Assembly (NCBI GenBank): GCA_001788965.1
Contig: MFXU01000047.1
Span: 2,910-40,561, forward strand
From: Candidatus Peribacteria bacterium RIFCSPHIGHO2_02_FULL_51_15
GTDB lineage: Bacteria; Patescibacteriota; Gracilibacteria; Peribacterales; Peribacteraceae
DNA: 37,652 bases
Reading direction: 5' to 3'
A program made the translations under genes and the position numbers. Position 1 is the stretch's first letter; each line of letters opens with the position of its first letter. Positions 25,449-34,588 of this stretch are shown here, one piece after another. The notes under the pieces are model-generated. The model was not told the DNA's origin and did not search any database. It saw only the letters and a program-made list of their open reading frames with translations.

Positions 25449-26020
25449 CTAATTATTTTTTGCTTTTCCCAAACATACCGATACACCTTTGTATTCCTCC
25501 CCATCCAATGCGGAACTTTTCTGGTTTCCACGGGCGTAATGCCCGGGATTTTGAAGGCATGGCTCACGATTTTCGTGCCGGGGCGCAGCTCCGATTGAAA
25601 TTTTTCTCCGAGTCTTGCCATCGCCTGAGGGGAAAGATACGCGAATATCACCGAGAACTCCGACAAATCCTGCTTGTAAAAATTTTTGAGCTTCATCTCG
25701 ACATCGGTTTTCGAGAGCCACACCCGCAGCCTGGCGAGCAACCATACGCCCAAAGCCCCTTCGTATCCGACAGCCGTGACTCCCGGCCGCGCTTTCTTCG
25801 CCATTATCAAAACCCGCCCGTCCCCCGCCCCGAGATCGGCGATCCTGTCACCCGGCTTGAGTCCGGCCATCTCGATCATCGCTCTTGCGACCACCCTGGG
25901 CGTCGGCACAAAAGGCACGAGCCACTTCAGCTGCGCAACCACCGAGGTCATAAACAAGCCGAAAAAGATCAGTACCAGCGCCAACAAGGCCAGTGCGACA
26001 ACCAATGCGAAGGTTTGCAT
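25436..26020 (-). CDS. Membrane-anchored class I SAM-dependent methyltransferase
   Basis: TM, VPFVPTP, DLGAGDGR, ELRPGTKIVSHAFKIPG. Confidence 0.88.
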   Translation of the reverse strand: MQTFALVVALALLALVLIFFGLFMTSVVAQLKWLVPFVPTPRVVARAMIEMAGLKPGDRIADLGAGDGRVLIMAKKARPGVTAVGYEGALGVWLLARLRVWLSKTDVEMKLKNFYKQDLSEFSVIFAYLSPQAMARLGEKFQSELRPGTKIVSHAFKIPGITPVETRKVPHWMGRNTKVYRYVWEKQKIIREGK

Positions 26021-26041
26021 TTGGATAACTATAGCGGACTT

Positions 26042-26153
26042 AAAATGTAAAATTTAAAATGTACAATGTACAATGGGTTTAGGTTTCACAGATTAAAAAG
26101 TTGGTGACTAAAAAACCTTATCATTTTACATTTTACATTCTACATTATACATT
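26042..26153. repeat. Heptamer-armed hairpin (AATGTAM)n...(TTACATT)n
   Basis: aaaatgtaaaatttaaaatgtacaatgtacaatg ... cattttacattttacattctacattatacatt. Confidence 0.8.
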
Positions 26154-26171
26154 CGCGCCGCAGCGCGACGT

Positions 26172-26246
26172 GGCCCCATCGTCTAACGGTTAGGACAACG
26201 GGTTTTCAATCCGTTAATCGGAGTTCGATTCTCCGTGGGGCTGCCA
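26172..26246 (+). tRNA. tRNA-Glu (TTC)
   Basis: GGCCCCA/TGGGGCT acceptor stem, anticodon arm ACGGG-TTTTCAA-TCCGT, T-arm CGGAG-TTCGATT-CTCCG, encoded CCA. Confidence 0.96.
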
Positions 26247-26360
26247 CTCGATTCGCCTCGTTCACTTCGTTCACGAGGCTCACTCGTGGTCTTCGACCAA
26301 CTTCCAGCAAATCGAGTGCCTCGAGCGAAATCCGAACGAAGTGAGGATGAGCCGAGAGGC
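26247..26360. repeat. Branched palindromic (TTCG/CGAA-rich) repeats between the tRNA and the GIY-YIG gene
   Basis: gcctcgttcacttcgttcacgaggc and gcctcgagcgaaatccgaacgaagtgaggatgagccgagaggc. Confidence 0.6.
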
Positions 26361-26400
26361 TGCGTAAGTCTCAAATTTTATTGAGCGATACAATCATTCT

Positions 26401-26667
26401 ATGCCTCAGTACTTTTATATCGCTCGTTGTTCCGATGGATCACTCTACGTCGGTTCATGCAATAACTTGCAAGAACGCGAGGATCGGCATAACGAAGGAA
26501 AAGGAGCTAAGTACACAAAGGATCGTCGCCCGATCAAGATTATCTATTCGGAAAAATTTTCAACGTTACTAGAAGCTAGGAGACGAGAGTTACAAGTAAA
26601 GAAATGGAGCAGGGCAAAGAAGGAAAATCTTGTTGAGGGAAAACATCCGACGAAAATTACGTACTAG
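26401..26667 (+). CDS. Small standalone GIY-YIG nuclease (YhbQ/UPF0213-like)
   Basis: YFYIARCSDGSLYVG...R...HNEGKGAKYT..RRP...ARRRELQVKKWSRAKKE. Confidence 0.93.
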   Translation: MPQYFYIARCSDGSLYVGSCNNLQEREDRHNEGKGAKYTKDRRPIKIIYSEKFSTLLEARRRELQVKKWSRAKKENLVEGKHPTKITY

Positions 26668-27508
26668 CATCAAATCGCTCATTCTCGTGCAACGTTTTGC
26701 CTTGTTCATCTTTCCATTCATGCCAGCCATTAGCTGCTCTCGCTAAGACCATAACAGCAGCAGGTGAAGGCATGGGGAATTTATAATCACGAGTGAAACG
26801 ATAGGAGTTTGCATTGGCTTCTTCAAGAACTCCATCAGCAATCATCTTTTCTCTAATGGGTTTTTCCCTATCTACTGATGGCGTCCATTCTTTTCGTGTT
26901 AAGGATCCTTTTAATACAACAAAACCTTCTTCAGTATAAATTCCTTTTGCCGCAGCGAATGGTCCTTTGCAGAAGTATTTCTTCTGCTTTTTGTTTTTAC
27001 TCAGCAACGTCAAAATTGGGAAGCCAAGTGAAGGCAAAAGAATTTGAATATCTGAGAGAAATTGCATGCAGGTAATATTGTCGGACGTGGGTAGTTTCTG
27101 AGTTTGTGGGGCATTACCATTGTGAAGGTGGGTTCTGCCAGATGTCTTTGCCAAACGACAAAGACAGCTTTCCAAGAGCTTTGCATGACTTTTGTGAAGG
27201 CTCCCGTCGGAGGTTACGAAGCATACGGCGTAGTTCCAAAAATCCTTTTCGGCATCAGACACATGGCGACTAACTCTATCTAAAACGTTCTGGGCTTCGC
27301 CTATGTAGACATTGAATAAGCCCTCTTCATTCTGTTCGCCAATGAGAAAATAGACTCCCGAGTGCTGTAATTCATTCATGCTATTAGCTGCCACTTTCCA
27401 AAGCGCTCGCGGCACTACAAACGCTCTTAAGCTCTTGCTTGGAATTTCAGCCGTGCGGATCCCTAGTGGATTATCATCCGGAATGATTAAGTGTATGAGG
27501 GTTGCCAT
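26657..27508 (-). CDS. GIY-YIG nuclease with C-terminal DUF4357-like domain
   Basis: SGVYFLIG...VYIGEAQNV..R..H...KDFW and FVVLKGS...F..PSPAA..VLARAANGWHEWKD. Lower GC than its neighbours. Confidence 0.85.
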   Translation of the reverse strand: MATLIHLIIPDDNPLGIRTAEIPSKSLRAFVVPRALWKVAANSMNELQHSGVYFLIGEQNEEGLFNVYIGEAQNVLDRVSRHVSDAEKDFWNYAVCFVTSDGSLHKSHAKLLESCLCRLAKTSGRTHLHNGNAPQTQKLPTSDNITCMQFLSDIQILLPSLGFPILTLLSKNKKQKKYFCKGPFAAAKGIYTEEGFVVLKGSLTRKEWTPSVDREKPIREKMIADGVLEEANANSYRFTRDYKFPMPSPAAVMVLARAANGWHEWKDEQGKTLHENERFDAST

Positions 27509-27669
27509 GCGATTGGATCATACGCCCAATGTCCTTGAATGACAGACTCAAGGTTTGGATCAAGCTTTAGCGACAGTTGCGATATTTTTCAGCGCTTCAA
27601 ACCATCCCACCATCACTTCCCAAACGTTTGCACCGTTGCCACCAAGGGCTGCCAGCTCAAATTTAAGCC

Positions 27670-27706
27670 AAAAAAAACAGGATGAGGTAAATCGTACCTC
27701 ATCCTG
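27670..27706 (-). terminator. Intrinsic terminator of the SLH-protein gene
   Basis: CAGGATGAGGTA-loop-TACCTCATCCTG with an A-run on the + strand. Confidence 0.8.
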
Positions 27707-27736
27707 CTTCTCATGAACCTTGTAAAAATTTTTCCT

Positions 27737-30700
27737 CTATCGCTCCAAAGGCGCATCCGACGAGTCTTTCACATCGGAACCGGAGAATTCCTGCGTCGTC
27801 AGGTAATCCACCGCGGCCTCCTTGGTGAGGACGAGGAACTTCGTAAGCGCGGCTTTCGTGAGCTCATCCTCGGGATCATATGTTCCGTCGGCATCCACGA
27901 CCCCCAAATCCGCCAGGGTGTTGATTGTCTGTTGCGTATCCCGGGGCAGGCTTCCGATATCCTTGAATTGAGCGCTTGTTGCCGTCGCTTTGAGTTCCTC
28001 CGGAAGCAGATTAGCCGCGGCCTCGGCAAATTCCGCGCGGGTCACTGCCCCGTTTGGGTCCCGGTCAAACATACTCAAATCAATATCGGCCTGAGCGAGG
28101 CCGGCTACTGCCTCCTTGGCCCATTTCGGGTATGAAGCAAACTTCGCCGGCACATCGCCCTTCGCCGGCTCGATCCCCAAAGCGTTCGCGAGCATCTTCA
28201 CCGCAGCGGCGTTATTGACGGCTAAAGCGGCGCCCAGCGTCCCGTCGGGATTACCGGTGACAATACCCTCCTCCTTGGCCTTCTCCGCGAACCCGGCATA
28301 CCACTCCGGGTTGAGTTTACTGACGTCGGCAAAGGGAGCGATGCCTTTCAGATACTCCTGCTCAACCGACTTCTTGACGAGCTTCTGGTATTCGGCCTTG
28401 GCCGTATCCACGTTCTGACCGCTTGCCGCCTGCAAAGCCAGCTCAGCGGCTTTGTCCGCAATAGCACTGTCCGCGAAGTTGAACTGCCGGATACTGTCAA
28501 TGAGCTCCGAAACGACTGCTTTTGCGGAAGCCTTGAGCGCTGAAAGCTCGGCTTTCGCATCCTCGATTTCCTTGAGCAAACTTGTTTTGAGGTCAATCAA
28601 GTTCTTCATTTCGGTGATGCTCAAATCATCGGCAACAGCCAGAAGATCAGCGCTATCGCCTTCCTGGCCCGACTGGAACTCGAGGTACTCGTCGAGGGTG
28701 TCATCATCTTTTCCTTTGTAAAAATCCTGCAGGGTATCCATGCGGGTCATATCACCGCGGTCGAAGCCCTGCGTTTCAAAATAGCCCTTCATTTTATCGT
28801 CATATCCGTGCTTCTGAGCGAAGTCATCGTAGATCTTCCCGTTATCCGGACCGAAGCCCATGCCAAGCCCGCCGGGAGTGGACTGCCACTGCCGCTCGCG
28901 CTCCATGAGTTCCCGCTGGACTCCGTCGAGAATGGCAAAAACCTGCTGATATTGTCCCGCATCCTGTGCCGCCCGCGCCTGCTCGACCGCTGCGAATGCC
29001 TTGGCCTGCAGCGTCTTCATTTGCTGGGCAACTACCGGATTCTTGGCCGCAATCTTAGCGATCATCTCGCTCGCGCTTTTGGCACCCAGCTCCATTTCCT
29101 TGATGTAGCGCGCCGTATCAGCCTTCATACTGACTGCCTGCGACTCGTAGAAGATGGCATCGAGTTTCATCCGGTAATCATTCATCTTCTGCTGAGATGT
29201 AAACTGGAGATTACCCATGTTCTCCGGTGATGCACCGGCTACCATCGCCTCCATGTCCTTACGACACTGGTTTCCCAGATCTTTGATCTTCTGCTCGGAT
29301 CCCGGAGGCCCGAACATCGTGCTGAATTGATCGCAGTTTCTCTGCAATTCAGGCGCCATTCTTCGCAGCATCTGCTGCCCCATTGCCTGCTGCGTCGGCA
29401 TCGGCTGATCAAAAGGGCCGGCGCTGTGATACCCATTCTGTCCGGACCCGTATCCGCCCTGATTATATCCGCCTTGATTTAAGCCTCCCTGGTTAAAATT
29501 ACCCTGATAGTCACCATTCTGGTTATACCTATACCCGCCCGTCCCCCCTTGCGAGGCGCCGGCCGGATTACAGAGCGGACGGTTATTGTAGCTGCCCGCA
29601 TTCATGCACCGTGGGTCACTGCAGGAAATCGTTTCCACCGGCGTGGCGCATGCCGGCGTGCTGAAGTGGCATGCCAGGCTGAGCGTGCAACTCATGGATC
29701 CACCTTGCGTACCACCAGACATCGGCTGCCACCTGCAGGGATTCTGAGCTGTCGGAAATTCATTCGGTCCGCAATCGCGCATCGTGGGACTCGGCATGTC
29801 GCCGCCGTAGCAACGTGTCCTGCACGCCGCATAAGCCGGGTCGGACCCCGAAATCCCGCGGCTGCAGTCCGCGAAACACTGATCAGTACCTCCTTGCATA
29901 GAACCTCCGCCTCCCGACCATCCGGATTCGCCCCCGGAGCCTCCCTGGCTCCCGCCGGAGCAGTCGGCCGTTGCACCGTTGCTCCCGACTTCCTGGGACG
30001 AAAGGATGCGTCCGCCGGCCGATTCGCTGCAGTCGACGTGCGGGCTCCTGCACCAGAGGATCTTGCCGTTGGGATAGACGCACCTCATGCTCTGCGGTCC
30101 GCCGCCCCATCCACCGGAGGAGCCGCCGCTCATGGATCCCCCGACCGGGTAGCAGCCGGACGCCTCACCATTGAACGTAATCTGGCCGGAGACCTGCAGA
30201 GAAGAGGTTTCCGACCCTTCGCGACAGTCTGTTTTGTCCGGTTTGCAATTCAACGTCCCACCCCACTGTTTACCTTGCGACACGCTGTACCATTCCGCGG
30301 GGAAGAAACAACGTTGAACACCTGATGTACCGGTCGTTCCACTCGTACCGCTGCTTGTCGTAGTCGTGCCGCTGCGATTGCAGGTGTCGTAACATGCCTG
30401 CCGTGTCTCCGGAGTGGCTGATGGCATCGCGTCACACCCCTGGGTGCACGACATGCCATTCATATCGGGGCTATAGTTCGTTCCGGAGTTGTAATTTGTC
30501 CCGCTCTTCATCTGCGCACACGTCCAGTTGCCGGATGTACAGCTGAAGGTCTCACAATCCGGCCAGTTTGGTTGTGTTTCGCATGTGCCATTGGCGGGCA
30601 TGCCCTGGTTTCCGCCGGTGTAACTTCCCATATTCGCGCAGCCCGATTCGCAGGTTGCTCTCATGCTGGCGCAATCCGTATTTTCCGGACATGTCATGCT

Positions 30701-30877
30701 CGCGCAGCCCGAGATACACGCTTGCACCGGATCGGACTGCGCTCCGATCGTGAAAATTTGGTATGTCGTGCCCCCGATAACGCCGAAGACAGCCAGCGCT
30801 ATCAGCACGTGCTGCGTTTGAATAGGACCCCTCAACACTTGGGCAGCTCGTCCCAGGACAGTATTACTTCGTGACAT
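27737..30877 (-). CDS. Large secreted/surface protein: Cys-rich modules, Gly/Ser and GGYNQ linkers, helical coiled region, C-terminal SLH domains
   Basis: Hydrophobic N-terminus. FADV...WY......GIVTGNPDGTL...VNNAAAVKML, VTRAEFA and FKDI..L...GVV are SLH-like repeats. Confidence 0.85.
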   Translation of the reverse strand: MSRSNTVLGRAAQVLRGPIQTQHVLIALAVFGVIGGTTYQIFTIGAQSDPVQACISGCASMTCPENTDCASMRATCESGCANMGSYTGGNQGMPANGTCETQPNWPDCETFSCTSGNWTCAQMKSGTNYNSGTNYSPDMNGMSCTQGCDAMPSATPETRQACYDTCNRSGTTTTSSGTSGTTGTSGVQRCFFPAEWYSVSQGKQWGGTLNCKPDKTDCREGSETSSLQVSGQITFNGEASGCYPVGGSMSGGSSGGWGGGPQSMRCVYPNGKILWCRSPHVDCSESAGGRILSSQEVGSNGATADCSGGSQGGSGGESGWSGGGGSMQGGTDQCFADCSRGISGSDPAYAACRTRCYGGDMPSPTMRDCGPNEFPTAQNPCRWQPMSGGTQGGSMSCTLSLACHFSTPACATPVETISCSDPRCMNAGSYNNRPLCNPAGASQGGTGGYRYNQNGDYQGNFNQGGLNQGGYNQGGYGSGQNGYHSAGPFDQPMPTQQAMGQQMLRRMAPELQRNCDQFSTMFGPPGSEQKIKDLGNQCRKDMEAMVAGASPENMGNLQFTSQQKMNDYRMKLDAIFYESQAVSMKADTARYIKEMELGAKSASEMIAKIAAKNPVVAQQMKTLQAKAFAAVEQARAAQDAGQYQQVFAILDGVQRELMERERQWQSTPGGLGMGFGPDNGKIYDDFAQKHGYDDKMKGYFETQGFDRGDMTRMDTLQDFYKGKDDDTLDEYLEFQSGQEGDSADLLAVADDLSITEMKNLIDLKTSLLKEIEDAKAELSALKASAKAVVSELIDSIRQFNFADSAIADKAAELALQAASGQNVDTAKAEYQKLVKKSVEQEYLKGIAPFADVSKLNPEWYAGFAEKAKEEGIVTGNPDGTLGAALAVNNAAAVKMLANALGIEPAKGDVPAKFASYPKWAKEAVAGLAQADIDLSMFDRDPNGAVTRAEFAEAAANLLPEELKATATSAQFKDIGSLPRDTQQTINTLADLGVVDADGTYDPEDELTKAALTKFLVLTKEAAVDYLTTQEFSGSDVKDSSDAPLER

Positions 30878-30914
30878 AAAAAGATGTGGAAAGAAATTGG
30901 TATGTGTATAAGTG

Positions 30915-31706
30915 CTACTTTTTCTTCTTCTTGAGCATTTGGATAAGAGGAATTTTCTTGGACTGCTGTCCGTCTACCGGGTTCTGCATTTCGACACCTG
31001 CCGGGATATTCGTTTCCGCCGGTACTGTGGGCTCCACTGGCTTGAGCGGCTTCAGCCACTTCCATTCACTCGGTGAAATGCCGGAACAGGTGATATCGGG
31101 CTCAAGCGAGAGATGCGTACCCGGATCAGCCGGCAAGCCGCGCACCCCGTCGGCATTGGCCCAGCTCCAGAAAGCAAAATTGAGCGCTCTATTTGACCAG
31201 CAGCGCATTTCCTTCTGACTCGGGAAAACCGTTGCCAGCCATCCGGTGCAGTACCCCGACGACCCATAGTTTGCAAATCCGTTCTTGTCCGAAAATCCCT
31301 GACCAATGATGTAGACAGTCTGGTCCACCTCGGCCTTGGGAGACGGCCGCCAATACATGACATATTTTGTTCCTATGCCGATCTTCCCGTCCTCGATGAC
31401 GGCGCCCTTCGTTACGTCAAACGCGACCCAGTCTCCATTCTCGTGGTAGTACGTCGCCGGATCCGCATTGACCGATGTGATTTCCCGCTGATACATGTCA
31501 TAGCACTTGCGCGTTGTGTAGACGTCAGTGGAGACGGCTGCCGATGACGAGGCAGCGCTGCCATAATTGCTGTATTGCGCATAGGTATAATAATAGTGCA
31601 CTGCGCTCTGGTAGAAGAAGAAAGCAAACGCAAGCACGACAATGCCGAATAATGTATTTTGCTTTGTACACGCATTTTGAATACGTTCTCGCACTGTTTG
31701 AACCAT
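30915..31706 (-). CDS. Secreted hypothetical protein
   Basis: N-terminal TM/signal sequence, co-oriented upstream of the SLH gene. Start Met9. Confidence 0.75.
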   Translation of the reverse strand: MVQTVRERIQNACTKQNTLFGIVVLAFAFFFYQSAVHYYYTYAQYSNYGSAASSSAAVSTDVYTTRKCYDMYQREITSVNADPATYYHENGDWVAFDVTKGAVIEDGKIGIGTKYVMYWRPSPKAEVDQTVYIIGQGFSDKNGFANYGSSGYCTGWLATVFPSQKEMRCWSNRALNFAFWSWANADGVRGLPADPGTHLSLEPDITCSGISPSEWKWLKPLKPVEPTVPAETNIPAGVEMQNPVDGQQSKKIPLIQMLKKKKK

Positions 31707-31819
31707 GATTTTTATTGGTATTTCTTGCATATTATATGCTATTTTGAATTTTTTGTCAATGCTGGGAACCTACTCACGGATTGGCAGATTTTTTCAAAGA
31801 AGTAAGAATTATCGCATCG

Positions 31820-31907
31820 CCGCGGCCGGGGACGGCTGCTGCTGATATGAGAGAAAATTTTATTAATTCGAAACAAATACTTTAGCATCGGCTTTTTTAG
31901 GCCGCAG
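31820..31907. repeat. REP-like doublet (CCGCGGCC...GCTGCTGA family)
   Basis: ccgcggccggggacggctgctgctga plus degenerate inverted tagcatcggctttttaggccgcag. Confidence 0.55.
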
Positions 31908-31932
31908 TGACTCGGGGAAGTAAACGGATCAG

Positions 31933-32460
31933 CTAATTCGTGAGTTTATTCTGCCTGCTGTGCATCAGCTCCAGCATCTCCTGCCTCCGCGCGCGGAGAT
32001 AGAGGTAAAGATCGGCCTCTGCCTCCTGCTCGGGTGTAATCGTTTGCTCGAGCTCAGCCAAAGGAGGGACTGATACGATCCTTCCGCCGATTCCGAAATT
32101 TGGCGAGCGTCGCTGGTGGGCGACTCCCAGTAGTTCATCCCGGCGAGCGGAACTTGTCCCGGCCCAGGTTTGAAAACGCTCGCGTTCGTCCGCTGTCAGC
32201 TGATCGACGGAATGTCTCCTGACACACTCCGCGCTGTAGGTTCCGATATCCACGTCGTTCGCGGTCACAAGCATTGTTTTACTTTGATGGGGATGGCACC
32301 TCAAGTTGGCAACGGTGCCGACAAGACTTACCTCACCGTCTTGCAGGAGTCCCTGAACCGGAGGAACAAAACGGCATTCCTTCAGCCAGGCTGCGTCGGA
32401 TATTTCCCCAAAATCATCGCTGTCCTCAAAAAGGTCACGCCCGAAAGCGCGAAGATGCAC
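31933..32460 (-). CDS. Hypothetical protein, probably 5'-truncated
   Basis: Open frame of 175 aa whose start lies inside the opposite-strand ACT-like remnant. Confidence 0.45.
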   Translation of the reverse strand: MHLRAFGRDLFEDSDDFGEISDAAWLKECRFVPPVQGLLQDGEVSLVGTVANLRCHPHQSKTMLVTANDVDIGTYSAECVRRHSVDQLTADERERFQTWAGTSSARRDELLGVAHQRRSPNFGIGGRIVSVPPLAELEQTITPEQEAEADLYLYLRARRQEMLELMHSRQNKLTN

Positions 32461-32873
32461 CTAAAGCACCTCACCATCCAGACCGGAGTATCGATCTATA
32501 CGTTCCCGCATACGAAGGAAGTCTGGAGCGGCGTGCATAAGCTGTTTGAATCACTCAAACAGAGCGCAGCTACTTCACTCTCTCGGAAGGCATGCAGGAA
32601 ATCACGTTTCTGCTGGAAACGGTGCACGAATCCCGCATCGCCAAGTACTTCGCGGCGAAGCCGAAGCATCATCTGAGCAATCTGGCGGCGCTGGGCATGA
32701 CATTCGATGAGGCCTATGTCTCCGCTCCCGGCATCATCTACCTCATACTCCAACAGCTTTTGCTTCAGGGAATAAACATCATCGAAATTTCCTCAACCTA
32801 CTGCGGCCTGACATTGTACGTAGCTCAAAAAGATGCAAAATTTGCGTTCGAGACGCTGTATAGGTTGCTGTGA
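32420..32873 (+). pseudogene. Remnant of an ACT-domain (aspartokinase-regulatory-like) protein, 5'-truncated and frameshifted
   Basis: ...LTIQTGVSIYTF...ESLKQ / ERSYFTLSEGMQEIT...PGIIYLILQQLLLQGINIIEISSTYCGLTLYV..KDAKFAF, with a 1-nt frameshift near 32562. Confidence 0.6.
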
Positions 32874-32889
32874 AATAACCTCTAACCTG

Positions 32890-34542
32890 CTATCCCCTCC
32901 TCCCCATCATCACAATCCGCATCAGCCTCAGATCGTCGAAAGGAACGGTTCCGGCCAGATCATCGAAGACCGGGCGGAGGCGCTCGAGACCCCGGAAAGT
33001 GAAAGCAGAGGCGATTTTTTGGTTATCCGGGATTGATTCGGCTAAATAAGCAAAGTCTGACGCCTCGCCGCTAGTGACCATTTTCTCCAGATAAAGCATC
33101 ACCCGCTGCGGCTTGATGCCGCATTCTTTGGCGATATTTGCCAAACTGATTTTTTGCTGAACAAGTTTTGCGATGGTGCGCATACGCATCTGCCGCGTGG
33201 GTTTCATCGGCTTGGCTTTCCTTGTCGTAAATTCATCCGGAGGTCCCAGCGAAGGAACGAAAAACGGGCGGGGCACGTATTTCCTGGCCTGGTCGGCAAG
33301 GCCGTCATAAAAAGCGGTGACCAGCGGTTCGGCGCGTATTGAAGAGGGATGCCAGCGTGAGACCATCAGGCCATCACCCGAGCGCACGCGGCTGAGGGCT
33401 ACATACGCCTGCCCCGGCTCCCAGAGCTGATGCAGATCGACGATCAGGCGGTCGAGCGACGCGCCCTGGGCTTTGTGAATCGTCGTCGCCCAGGCGAGTG
33501 AAACGGGGAAATTCCAGGCGGCTTGCACTTCGTTTCCGTCGCCGTCCATGACCGTGAACTTTTCTTTTTCAATCTCGATATCTTCGCCCGTAAAAAGCCG
33601 GATAGACAGCGTGTCCTCGCCGAAGCCCCGGATATGTCCCAGACTGCCGTTTACGTACCTGAATCCCGTGATATCGTTCTTGCGCATCATTATGAGAGCG
33701 CCGACCTTGAGCATCAGCTTGTCCGGTATCGGCACGGACCGCTTCGCGGCTTCCAGATATTTTTCGGAGCCGGAGTATTCGGTGAGAAAAGTATGCAGAT
33801 CCCGCGGTACGGCCTCGAGCCGCCGCAGATTATACTGCTCGGCCTGCGCGCGGTGCGGATAGAGGCGCGTGCCGTCAAAAGAGTCACCCGAAGCGACGGT
33901 GCGTGCCTGCAAATAATCTCGGACTTTTTCGTTCACAATCCCTTCCCGCACGAAATTCAATATTTCCAGAAAGTTGACATCCTGGGTCCGCATAACTGTG
34001 GAGAGCAGCGCCGGAGTGAAATCACTCTCCGGCCAGACCGGATGCCGGAAAGCCCAGTCCTTCTGCACTTGATCCGAAGCTACGGGCGGCAGCTGAGCAA
34101 AATCTCCCACCGCGATGATCCTGAGCCCTCCCCAGGGCTTGTCCACGTTGCGCGCGCGGCGAGCCACCGTTTCCGCCGCTTTGAGCGTCACCCCCGAAAG
34201 CATCGATATTTCATCTATGACGACGCAGCACGCGCGGTTCATACGGTTTATCACTCTGTGGTTCTTCAGCGCCTTGGCTATGGCGCTGTTCACTCCGCCT
34301 TCGAGTATCCCGAGACCGAAGAAGCTGTGAAAAGTCCGTCCGGAGACTATGACCGCCGCGGCGCCGGTGGATGCCACAACCGGGAAACTGTCGGTCGGTT
34401 TGCCGGCGAGGTAGCGGTCTAGTAGAAAGCTTTTGCCGGTACCGGCTGCGCCGGTGAGGAATACGTTTCCCTCACGGTTCAGCATGTCCAGAGCTTTCGT
34501 CTGGCAGGAGGTGAGACAAGCCGAAGAACCGGATGAGTCCAT
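32890..34542 (-). CDS. PIF1/RecD-like SF1B DNA helicase with C-terminal HTH
   Basis: FLTGAAGTGKS, GRTFHSFFG, IDEISM, GDFAQLPPV, LAWATTIHKAQG.SL, GQAYVALSR. Confidence 0.93.
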   Translation of the reverse strand: MDSSGSSACLTSCQTKALDMLNREGNVFLTGAAGTGKSFLLDRYLAGKPTDSFPVVASTGAAAVIVSGRTFHSFFGLGILEGGVNSAIAKALKNHRVINRMNRACCVVIDEISMLSGVTLKAAETVARRARNVDKPWGGLRIIAVGDFAQLPPVASDQVQKDWAFRHPVWPESDFTPALLSTVMRTQDVNFLEILNFVREGIVNEKVRDYLQARTVASGDSFDGTRLYPHRAQAEQYNLRRLEAVPRDLHTFLTEYSGSEKYLEAAKRSVPIPDKLMLKVGALIMMRKNDITGFRYVNGSLGHIRGFGEDTLSIRLFTGEDIEIEKEKFTVMDGDGNEVQAAWNFPVSLAWATTIHKAQGASLDRLIVDLHQLWEPGQAYVALSRVRSGDGLMVSRWHPSSIRAEPLVTAFYDGLADQARKYVPRPFFVPSLGPPDEFTTRKAKPMKPTRQMRMRTIAKLVQQKISLANIAKECGIKPQRVMLYLEKMVTSGEASDFAYLAESIPDNQKIASAFTFRGLERLRPVFDDLAGTVPFDDLRLMRIVMMGRRG

Positions 34543-34588
34543 AATCGGATATTAGCAGGAAAGTGTTTCGGATCGACCCAAAAAAAAC

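Noticed and set aside
25299-25598. ORF with PYFPYF repeats, and similar repeat-derived ORFs or extensions (22855-23079, 17422-17655, N-terminal extensions at 1149, 4566 and 17495)
   Set aside because: These are translations of non-coding tandem repeats or leaders, with no independent coding evidence.
27551-27660. Short minus-strand frame ELAALGGNGANVWEVMVGWFEALKNIATVAKA
   Set aside because: Possibly a gene remnant, but it has no clear start and no recognisable family, so it cannot be supported.
26172-31900. Integrated prophage or ICE at tRNA-Glu
   Set aside because: No integrase, no duplicated tRNA 3' end and no phage or conjugation genes were seen.
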